From an uncultured Candidatus Saccharibacteria bacterium (lineage in GTDB: Bacteria; Patescibacteriota; Minisyncoccia; Phycocordibacterales; G965230995): a stretch of DNA of 64,000 nt. Both the position numbers and the translations under genes were made by a program. Below, piece after piece: positions 56,573-64,000 of this stretch. Location: the NCBI GenBank assembly GCA_965230995.1, contig OZ246398.1, forward strand, positions 592,213 through 656,212. Reading direction: 5' to 3'. Positions within the stretch are counted from its first letter, which is position 1; each line of letters starts with the position of its first letter. The notes under the pieces were generated by a model. It was given only the letters and a program-made list of their open reading frames with translations. It had not been told where the DNA came from and ran no database searches.

Positions 56573-57361
56573 ATGAAAATCAGAAAAGCCCACATCTACA
56601 GCATAGTGTCAGGAATAATCCTCGCTCTTGTAATAATATTCTTTGGATCAGGATATAGAATTGAAGATTTCAAAGTCGTCAGAGCAGGATCAATCGAACT
56701 CTCAATACCACATAAGGGTTCTGTTATTTACCTAAACAACAAAGAATACAAGACAACCAAAATCGACAATCAGACAGTAAAAATTTCTGGATTGCCAAAA
56801 CGTACACAATCAATAATTGTTGCCAAACAAGGAAAGTGGCCTTGGGCAAAAGAAGTCTATACAAACAGAAACTACAAACACGAATTTTCTGTATGGAATA
56901 TAGACGAAGTTTCTTCAATGGAAATTGTAAACAAAGATACTGCTTTATATGCAGAAAAATCATCTTTGATTGCTTCACAAAAATTACCTAGCGAAGAACT
57001 GCCACTTTATTCAAGTGACAGAAAGATGTCTCTATATGTAAAAAATTCGACCGTATATGTAACATGGTATGGCGACGCACAATCTGTCCCATCATTATTC
57101 TGTGATGAAAAAATGGCATGTAAAAGAACTGTTTCTTTAATATCTCTTGCAAAAAATGTCTCTGGAATATTCTTCTATCCAAACACAAATGACAGAATAA
57201 TCATTTCATCCGAAGGTTATGTGAGTGCTCTCGAAATCGCAAAAGAAGGAAATCAGAATTTCCAATACATAACACTTAGTCCGAACCCAACAATCACTCT
57301 AGACGAAAATACCCTATACATAAAAGACGGAGAAGCAATGGGCAAATTAGTGCTACAATAG
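56573..57361 (+). CDS. Membrane-anchored hypothetical protein (PEGA-like N-terminal region)
   Basis: TM helix, GYR, SIPHKG..IYLN..WAK. Confidence 0.6.
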   Translation: MKIRKAHIYSIVSGIILALVIIFFGSGYRIEDFKVVRAGSIELSIPHKGSVIYLNNKEYKTTKIDNQTVKISGLPKRTQSIIVAKQGKWPWAKEVYTNRNYKHEFSVWNIDEVSSMEIVNKDTALYAEKSSLIASQKLPSEELPLYSSDRKMSLYVKNSTVYVTWYGDAQSVPSLFCDEKMACKRTVSLISLAKNVSGIFFYPNTNDRIIISSEGYVSALEIAKEGNQNFQYITLSPNPTITLDENTLYIKDGEAMGKLVLQ

Positions 57362-57365
57362 AAAT

Positions 57366-59276
57366 ATGGATAAACAGGAAGAAAGAGATCTAGTGATTAT
57401 AGATGTCTTTCCTATAGACAAAGGAACAACCCTTTCTTCCCTCTCCTTTTTTACTAGTGAAAAGACAGATATTGGCGATACTGTTACTGTACCCATCAGA
57501 GGCAAAAGCACACACGCAATAGTCACATCCATAAGACACATAAAAGATGCAAAGTCTGAATTAAAAAAAGCGAGCTTTTCCCTAAAAAAGGCAAGTGGTC
57601 TAAAACCAAAAAAAATACTGAGCGAAGATTTTATTCTTGCAGTCAAAGACACTGCGGAATATTTTGGTACAACAGCGGGCGCCGTTATATCTCTCTTGGT
57701 ACCAAAAGCGATACTCCAAACAAAACCACTCAAAGTAGAGAAAAATGATTTGCCATCCCAAGACAGATTTGAAAACTTTGTAATTCAAACAGACGAAAAA
57801 GAACGCTATGCAAATTACAGAGGTTTGATTAGAGAAGAATTTGCAAAATCTTGCTCTGTATTCTTTTGTGTTCCTACCATTGCGGATGCAAAAAATGCCG
57901 AAGCCAATCTTTCAAAAGGAATTGAAAAATACACTTTTGTCCTCCATGGAAATTTGAGCAAAGAAGAATTTGAAAAAAATCTAAAAGAAGCGATATCCTG
58001 CAATCATCCAGTCGTGATTATTGGCACAGCAGGAAACATTTCTATTCAGAGGTATGATATCCGAACTATAATTGTCGAAAAAGAAAGCAGTTCTGCATAC
58101 AAAACAATACAAAGACCATTTCTAGATATAAGAACCGCAATGATATTCATTGCCAAAAGGATGAAAGCCAGAATTGTTTTTGGTGATGATTTGCTTCGAA
58201 TAGAAACCATTTGGAAACAAAAACAAGGAGAATATATAGAAAGCTCCCCTCTAAAATTTAGATCACTTACAACTGCTTCATACAAAATTATCAGCCCAGA
58301 AAAACCGAAAGAGAATGAAGAAAAAAAAGAATTTAGTGTTTTCTTTGGTGATGCATTAGATGTAATCAAACAAGCCAGAATCGCTAGTGAAAGAACTTTG
58401 GTTATTTGTACCAGAAAAGGCCTAGCTCCAATAACAGTTTGTGATGATTGCGGTACTTCAGTAAATTGCAAATCTTGTGGTGCTCCGGTCACCTTGCATG
58501 AAAATCCGAAAGGTAATTTTTTCTTATGCCACAGATGCGGTGAAAGAAGCGAACCAGAGATTTCTTGCGTACAGTGTGGTAGCTGGAGGCTTTCTACATT
58601 GGGTATCGGAACTGATTTGATTGTAAAAAAACTTGAACAAGAACTGCCGAGTGCAAAAATAATCAAAGTAGACGGGACTTCGGTAAAGACTGAAAAACAA
58701 AAGGAGAGAAAATTCCAAGATTTTTATTCTTCTCCGGGTTCGATTATGGTCGGAACTGAAATGGCGCTCAGAAATTTGAGAGAGCCAATTGAACATATTG
58801 TCGTTGCTTCTATTGATTCCCTATTTGCAATGCCAGATTTTAGAGTGTACGAGAGGATTATACATATGATTCTCAACATAAAAGAAAAGGCAACAAAAAC
58901 AATTACAATACAAACCAGAAATAGTGATAAAAAAATATTAGAATACGCACTATCTGGAAACCTGCTCGATTTCTACAAAGAAGACATAGAAGATAGAAAA
59001 AAAATGTTTTATCCGCCATTTTCGGTCTTGGTCAAAATCACACTGACCGGAGAAAAGAAAAAAATAATATCCCAAATGCAGGAACTACAAGATTCAGTCG
59101 GCAAGGAAACTATAGATGTCTTCCCTGCCTTTGTATCCAAAAAAAACAACAAAGTAAGTATGCATGCCCTTCTCAGATTTGATTCAAAAAGGTGGCCAGA
59201 TAAAGAAATTTTGGAAAAACTAAGACTACTTCCGCCAAGCGCCGAAATAGACGTCGAACCAGAGACAATACTGTAA
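57366..59276 (+). CDS. priA: Primosomal protein N' (PriA), degenerate helicase motifs
   Basis: VTVPIRG, RKGLA, four CxxC pairs, GIGT, IQTRN, YPPF. Confidence 0.9.
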   Translation: MDKQEERDLVIIDVFPIDKGTTLSSLSFFTSEKTDIGDTVTVPIRGKSTHAIVTSIRHIKDAKSELKKASFSLKKASGLKPKKILSEDFILAVKDTAEYFGTTAGAVISLLVPKAILQTKPLKVEKNDLPSQDRFENFVIQTDEKERYANYRGLIREEFAKSCSVFFCVPTIADAKNAEANLSKGIEKYTFVLHGNLSKEEFEKNLKEAISCNHPVVIIGTAGNISIQRYDIRTIIVEKESSSAYKTIQRPFLDIRTAMIFIAKRMKARIVFGDDLLRIETIWKQKQGEYIESSPLKFRSLTTASYKIISPEKPKENEEKKEFSVFFGDALDVIKQARIASERTLVICTRKGLAPITVCDDCGTSVNCKSCGAPVTLHENPKGNFFLCHRCGERSEPEISCVQCGSWRLSTLGIGTDLIVKKLEQELPSAKIIKVDGTSVKTEKQKERKFQDFYSSPGSIMVGTEMALRNLREPIEHIVVASIDSLFAMPDFRVYERIIHMILNIKEKATKTITIQTRNSDKKILEYALSGNLLDFYKEDIEDRKKMFYPPFSVLVKITLTGEKKKIISQMQELQDSVGKETIDVFPAFVSKKNNKVSMHALLRFDSKRWPDKEILEKLRLLPPSAEIDVEPETIL

Positions 59277-59313
59277 ATCTTCCATTTTTCATAAAAAAAG
59301 CTATAGTTAACCT

Positions 59314-59802
59314 ATGAACGAGATTGTCCAGGTCGGAAATGAAGTCCTAAGGGAAAAAGCAAAACACATTCTTGTGTCTGAAATTACCTCTGAAAAAATT
59401 CAGAAAATAGTCGACAGAATGAAAAAAGCATTGGCTTCACAAGATGACGGTGTGGCAATTGCTGCCCCACAAATAGGCGAACCGCTTAGAATTTTTGTCG
59501 TCGCTGGAAAAGTTTGGAAAACAGACGGCGAACCAGTACCAGAAGACAAAACATACATAAACCCTGTGATATTGAAGAGATCTCGCAAAAAGAGCTCGAT
59601 GGAAGAAGGTTGTCTTTCAGTACGAGGTCTATTTGGTCAAATAAAAAGACATGAAAAGGTAACAATCGAAGCCTACGATGAAACTGGGACAAAATTTACA
59701 CAAGGTGCCTCTGGCTTACTTGCCCAAATTTTTCAACACGAAACTGACCATCTAGAGGGCAAACTTTTTATCGATGAAGCAACACACCTAGTCGATGCAT
59801 AA
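59314..59802 (+). CDS. def: Peptide deformylase
   Basis: GVAIAAPQ, EGCLS, QHETDH. Confidence 0.97.
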   Translation: MNEIVQVGNEVLREKAKHILVSEITSEKIQKIVDRMKKALASQDDGVAIAAPQIGEPLRIFVVAGKVWKTDGEPVPEDKTYINPVILKRSRKKSSMEEGCLSVRGLFGQIKRHEKVTIEAYDETGTKFTQGASGLLAQIFQHETDHLEGKLFIDEATHLVDA

Positions 59803-60673
59803 TATGAACAAATCATTTGTATTTTGGGGTAGTGATGAATTTTCTGTAAAAGTTCTTGAAGTAATAATTTCAAGTAGTTTTATGCCTACAGCAATAATTA
59901 CAGTGCCACCAAAACCAGTTGGCAGAAAAAAGATTATAACCCCTACCCCAATTGCTCTATTTGCAAAAGAAAAAAATATTAGACTGATAGAAGAGGAAAA
60001 TATAAAAAGTGATTCATTTGCAAATGAATATAAAGGTATTAATCCCGATATTGCAATTGTCGCTTCATACGGAAAAATAATTCCAACTGAAATTCTAAAT
60101 ACTCCAAAATATAAAACTTTTAATGTTCACCCTTCACTATTACCAAAATGGCGAGGGGCAACACCTATTGAGCACACAATAATGCATGATGATATTGCAG
60201 GAGTAACAATTATTGAATTGGATGAAAAAATGGATCATGGCCCTATTGTCTTTCAAAAGGAAATCTCAATGAAAGATCCGGATTCAAACCCACTTTATTA
60301 TTCAGAATTGAGAGATATTCTTGCACAAAATGGAGGGCAGATGATTGTAGAGCTTTTACAAACAGTACCAGAAATAGAAAAAACACCACAAAATCATTCC
60401 GAGGCGACTTTTACAAAATTACTTTCAAAAGGTGATGGAAAAATAGACTTGATGGATAACCCATATTTGAATATCAGAAAAATCAGAGCGCTATCTAATT
60501 GGCCAGAAACATATTTTTTACACAAAAACGGCGACAAGGAAATAAGAGTCATAATTAAAGAAGCGCAAATCGAAAACAACACGCTTGTTTTGAAGCGTGT
60601 TATTCCAGAGGGTAAAAAAGAAATGGATTTTGAATCTTTTAAAAGGGGCTATTTAGAAAGAAAGTCCTCTTAA
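59795..60673 (+). CDS. fmt: Methionyl-tRNA formyltransferase
   Basis: FWGSDEF, VASYGKI, NVHPSLLPKWRGATP, MDHG. Confidence 0.96.
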   Translation: MHNMNKSFVFWGSDEFSVKVLEVIISSSFMPTAIITVPPKPVGRKKIITPTPIALFAKEKNIRLIEEENIKSDSFANEYKGINPDIAIVASYGKIIPTEILNTPKYKTFNVHPSLLPKWRGATPIEHTIMHDDIAGVTIIELDEKMDHGPIVFQKEISMKDPDSNPLYYSELRDILAQNGGQMIVELLQTVPEIEKTPQNHSEATFTKLLSKGDGKIDLMDNPYLNIRKIRALSNWPETYFLHKNGDKEIRVIIKEAQIENNTLVLKRVIPEGKKEMDFESFKRGYLERKSS

Positions 60674-61015
60674 CATCTTTTTTATTGATTGCTTTCCTTT
60701 TTTCCAAACTGTATCTTTTTTCTCTTTTCTATTTTTAAGGACACTCACTAGTTCGTCTTTTGCAATATCAATTCCAGCAAAAAGACTTTCTTGTTCTGTC
60801 TTTGCAAAGAAAGTCTGACCATCTGATACCAAATTAATTTCTACTGCGTAGACCTCACCATTCTTATGGTGATTTGTGTCTCTACCGAGTTTTACATCGG
60901 CGAGAGCTGACATGCTATTTTTTAGCAATTTTTCAACTGACCCCAGTCTCTTTTCTAGATAAGAATTTATCTCTGGTGTTAGTTCTATGTTATTTGCTGT
61001 TGTTTGTATTTTCAT
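60653..61015 (-). CDS. hpf: Ribosome hibernation factor (HPF/RaiA)
   Basis: NIELTPEINSYLEKRL, EINL, LFAGID. Confidence 0.88.
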   Translation of the reverse strand: MKIQTTANNIELTPEINSYLEKRLGSVEKLLKNSMSALADVKLGRDTNHHKNGEVYAVEINLVSDGQTFFAKTEQESLFAGIDIAKDELVSVLKNRKEKKDTVWKKGKQSIKKMLRGLSF

Positions 61016-61138
61016 TTCTGAAAAATTATTTTTTAATCTCCGTAGACAAATCTAACGAGTTTTCTCGCTTTAAAATTTGTTTTTTACGGAACCTCTTTGT
61101 ATATATAATATCACAAAACGACACAGTAAACATCTTCC

Positions 61139-61372
61139 CTATTTTTCATTTTTGATGTCTATACTGAGCATTTTTTTGGGGCTGTGATGACCGCTTATTA
61201 TTCTAACAGCCGATACCGGTACAGACATAGTTTTTGACATAATCTCTCTTATGCGGTTGTTTGCTAGATTCTGCTTTGCTTTTTCTTTTACAGATATACA
61301 AAAAGAGCTGTCGCTAGTTTTTTCGACTTTTTCTTTTTTACTTCCTGCTGTAACTGACACCTTTATATACAT
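61139..61372 (-). CDS. DUF167/YggU family protein
   Basis: VTAGSK, ANNR, IISGHHSPKK. Start moved to MYIKV. Confidence 0.85.
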   Translation of the reverse strand: MYIKVSVTAGSKKEKVEKTSDSSFCISVKEKAKQNLANNRIREIMSKTMSVPVSAVRIISGHHSPKKMLSIDIKNEK

Positions 61373-61388
61373 ATTTATATTATACACA

Positions 61389-61420
61389 CAAAAACGACCC
61401 TTGCGGGTCGTTTTTGTTTT
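61389..61420. terminator. Terminator downstream of the cold-shock gene
   Basis: CAAAAACGACCC-TTGC-GGGTCGTTTTTG. Confidence 0.75.
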
Positions 61421-61434
61421 GTAGATAGCGAGGA

Positions 61435-61641
61435 TTAAGCCTCAACTTTTTCTACGTTCACAGCGTTAGGTCCTTTCTCTCCCTGTGCAACTTCGAAAGT
61501 AACGGCATCTCCTTCTCTAAGAGAATTGAATGGTACGTTCTTTACTTCGTTTGCATGGAAGAAAAGATCCTTCTGCTCTCCTTCACGAGATATGAAGCCG
61601 AAGCCTCGATCTGTGATTCGAACAATAGTTCCTTTCTGCAT
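61435..61641 (-). CDS. Cold-shock domain protein
   Basis: RGFGFI (RNP1), DLFFH (RNP2), KGPNAVNV. Confidence 0.95.
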   Translation of the reverse strand: MQKGTIVRITDRGFGFISREGEQKDLFFHANEVKNVPFNSLREGDAVTFEVAQGEKGPNAVNVEKVEA

Positions 61642-61771
61642 TTGAAGAAATATAACTAATTCTACTAAATCAAACGCTCTCCGTACGAAATACTCAACCT
61701 TTTATTTCTTCAAAGACAGCTATTTGATGGAGATATGATACCACTTATTGAGATTTTACGCAATAGCTATT

Positions 61772-62524
61772 TTAGCCCTTTTTGTAGCCATCGAAAGCCT
61801 TGAGGATCTCGAGTGGCACGGCAAAGACAACAGTATTAGACTGGTCTGATGATATGTCATTTATCGACTGGAGTGTCCTCAAATGCAAAGCCCCAGGCGT
61901 TTTACTGAGCGTTTCTGCTGCCATTGCAATATTCTGTGACGCTGCCAATTCCCCTTCGGAATTAATTATGACGGCTCTTTTTTCTCTTTCTGCTTCTGCT
62001 TGTTTTGCAATCGTTCTTGCCATACTCTCTGGTAAAGATACATCTTTTAATTCAACGTTGTTTACCTTGAGTCCCCAAGCATCAGTTTCTTTGTCAACAA
62101 TTAATCTTATCTTGTCAGCAATTTTGTCACGGCTAGATAGGAGTTCGTCGAGAGTGACTTCACCAACAATATTTCTCATCGTCGTCTGTGCATATTGAGA
62201 TATTGCATATTCAAAATCTTCGACAACGATAATTGCCTTTTCTGCAGACGAAACAAAGTAATAAATAACCGCATTAACTTTGACCGAGACGTTGTCCTTT
62301 GTAATTGCATCTTGATCTGGAACATCTACTGCTTTTACTCGCATATCAACTTTTTGGAAAGATTGGAATATTGGTATTACAATTCTCCAACCTGGTTCCA
62401 TAATTCCAGAATATCTACCCAAGGTGAACCTAACACCCCTTTCGTACTGGTTTATCTGTTTTATTGAGATTACAACCACAACAAAAACAAACACCCAAAT
62501 AGGAAAAGTTTCTATTGAAAACAT
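61772..62524 (-). CDS. SPFH/stomatin (slipin) family protein
   Basis: QYERGV, ITKDNV, AQTTMR, WG, QAEAERE, LRTLQ. Confidence 0.93.
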   Translation of the reverse strand: MFSIETFPIWVFVFVVVVISIKQINQYERGVRFTLGRYSGIMEPGWRIVIPIFQSFQKVDMRVKAVDVPDQDAITKDNVSVKVNAVIYYFVSSAEKAIIVVEDFEYAISQYAQTTMRNIVGEVTLDELLSSRDKIADKIRLIVDKETDAWGLKVNNVELKDVSLPESMARTIAKQAEAEREKRAVIINSEGELAASQNIAMAAETLSKTPGALHLRTLQSINDISSDQSNTVVFAVPLEILKAFDGYKKG

Positions 62525-62558
62525 ATAAATTTTATTATCTAGTAATAGCTATATTATA

Positions 62559-62732
62559 CTACCAATCAAGGGTGTGTATATAGAAAAGGAGACCCGGAAC
62601 GAGAGAAATTACTAGAATAAAATTCCAGCTGAAGGTGCCGTAATCAAGGATATGTGTTACCAGATATGTAATTCCAGCCAAGATTCCGACCGAATATACA
62701 TAACCGGCCATTCCAAATACTATCTGTACCAT
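62559..62732 (-). CDS. Unannotated 57-aa two-TM protein MVQIVFGMAGYVYSVGILAGITYLVTHILDYGTFSWNFILVISLVPGLLFYIHTLDW
   Basis: Translated by hand; TATAAT 8 nt upstream of the ATG; fills the gap between SPFH and YceI. Confidence 0.55.
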   Translation of the reverse strand: MVQIVFGMAGYVYSVGILAGITYLVTHILDYGTFSWNFILVISLVPGLLFYIHTLDW

Positions 62733-62771
62733 AAAATAAAATTATAGAACTCTGGAGCAAAAAATCAACAG

Positions 62772-62805
62772 GAACAAAAAAATGGCTTTCGCCATTTTTT
62801 TGTTC
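62772..62805. terminator. Terminator downstream of the YceI gene
   Basis: GAACAAAAAAATGGC-TTTC-GCCATTTTTTTGTTC. Confidence 0.75.
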
Positions 62806-62822
62806 AAAATATTTTAACCTAT

Positions 62823-63491
62823 TTATTTTGTAGCAACCAAATCAAATGCAACTGTAAAATTGTCATCGATTACATTATTTTTTAGGTTATCAAAGAATGA
62901 TCCGGAACCGTAAATTATTCCCCACTTTGTTCTATCTATTACCGCCACCCCTTTTATACGAAGCTCACCGTTTTCCATATACATTTGTGCCGGAAACAGC
63001 ACCTCACCCTTTTTTCCTTTTACCTCAAGATCACCTGCAATATATCTTCCATCTTCTATAGGTGGAATCTTTAATTCAAATGTCGATGTCGGGTATGTTG
63101 CAACATCAAAAAAATCTTTTGATTTTAGGTGTCTTGTAAGATTTTCTGCTCCAACACCAGTACCTGTTTTAACTGCCATAATACTATCCATATCCATTAC
63201 AACCTTTCCTCCTGACACTCTACCTTCGGAAACTACAATTGTGCCCGACTTAACTTTAATTGTTCCTTCATCTTTGTAACCATCAATCAAAGTCTTTTTT
63301 CCTTCCCAAAGACCGGTTGTTCTCTCTATAGAAACAGTATATGTACCTTCGGGTAACATTTCACTTTCTCTAACAGAAATATCATTTTGTAATTGCGAAA
63401 TAGCAGTATCTTTTTTACCACCAAGGAAAATAACGAGACCCACAATCACTACCACCAGAATTACAACAGCTACTATATATTTTGAATTCAT
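62823..63491 (-). CDS. YceI family lipid/polyisoprenoid-binding protein
   Basis: HLKSKDFFDVATYP, GDLEVKG, IDRTKWGI. Confidence 0.9.
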   Translation of the reverse strand: MNSKYIVAVVILVVVIVGLVIFLGGKKDTAISQLQNDISVRESEMLPEGTYTVSIERTTGLWEGKKTLIDGYKDEGTIKVKSGTIVVSEGRVSGGKVVMDMDSIMAVKTGTGVGAENLTRHLKSKDFFDVATYPTSTFELKIPPIEDGRYIAGDLEVKGKKGEVLFPAQMYMENGELRIKGVAVIDRTKWGIIYGSGSFFDNLKNNVIDDNFTVAFDLVATK

Positions 63492-63587
63492 ACCTATAAT
63501 ATTAATTTGTATATCTGCATTATAGCAATATAAAAACAGGCTGTGGGTTTAAAAAACTACACACAATTTTTTATGGATTTTGTCTAT

Positions 63588-64000
63588 CTACTGCAGAATA
63601 TAGTACCAAGCAAGAACAATCAGCAATACTGCATAAATATAATCAGAACCAAAATATCTTAGAAAATTTAGAACCTTTATTAGAAAATAAAAAGGATAAG
63701 CAAAAATATGCCAAACAGCCAAATGTTCTCTAATCTGTCTTCTGCTGTAATCTAGAACCACACCCGCATCAGCATCGCTCGGGAAGCTGTGGCTTCCAAA
63801 AGAAAACGCTACCCACAATAGTATCGCTTTTTTTAATTCAAATATGTTTCCATCCATAGAAAAAGCAATTCCCGCCAACAGAAAACAAAAGAAGGTATTT
63901 ACAAAAATTGGTCCAGTAGAAATTAAAAAGGTATCAAAAAAACTTTGAGCTGGTTCATGCAAAACATATCCTGCTTCCCTTCCTCTAAATTGCAAATATT
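63588..64000 (-). CDS. Membrane protein, possibly M50-like metalloprotease, C-terminal part (5' end outside window)
   Basis: GYVLHE, ISTGP, FPSDAD; ORF lies at the window edge. Confidence 0.5.
   Translation of the reverse strand, partial: YLQFRGREAGYVLHEPAQSFFDTFLISTGPIFVNTFFCFLLAGIAFSMDGNIFELKKAILLWVAFSFGSHSFPSDADAGVVLDYSRRQIREHLAVWHIFAYPFYFLIKVLNFLRYFGSDYIYAVLLIVLAWYYILQ

Noticed and set aside
52201-58666. Long antisense ORFs (for example 52201-52827 and 58046-58666; also 8493-9041)
   Set aside because: They are opposite-strand shadows of well-supported genes (frr, priA, methyltransferase) and have no motifs.

Overview
AT-rich bacterial chromosome segment using the standard genetic code (TGA is a stop). 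Gene content and style point to a Patescibacteria/CPR (Parcubacteria-like) genome; this is an inference. Core genes include valS (partial), lysS, trpS, aspS (T-box leader), cysS, proS, scpAB, mraY-ftsW-murG, mraZ-rsmH-ftsL-ftsI-murF, mreBC-mrdA, dnaB-recR, priA-def-fmt, rpmA/rplI/rplU, frr, greA, hpf and tRNA-Glu(CTC). The most striking accessory locus (about 2.3-9.2 kb) has two SET-domain methyltransferases, a Cys-rich exported protein, two orphan histidine kinases, an M16 peptidase, a NUDIX hydrolase and a class I SAM methyltransferase. Interleaved with these are two unannotated, independently expressed, very basic Lys/Gly-rich peptides (41 and 49 aa) sharing an RGxPVxGTG motif conserved at the protein rather than the DNA level. 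Other notable items: a dif-like 11-6-11 site at 22444-22471 where gene orientation switches; a run of GC-rich stand-alone genes with a duplicated ~78-bp promoter/hairpin/boxA-like leader (one encodes a PheA-like protein); a ~400-nt structured GC-rich element flanked by 17-bp direct repeats just upstream of tRNA-Glu; a Bsp6I-type R-M system whose methyltransferase is fused to an intact LexA; and apparently leaderless housekeeping promoters throughout. All calls were made by eye, with no database searches.
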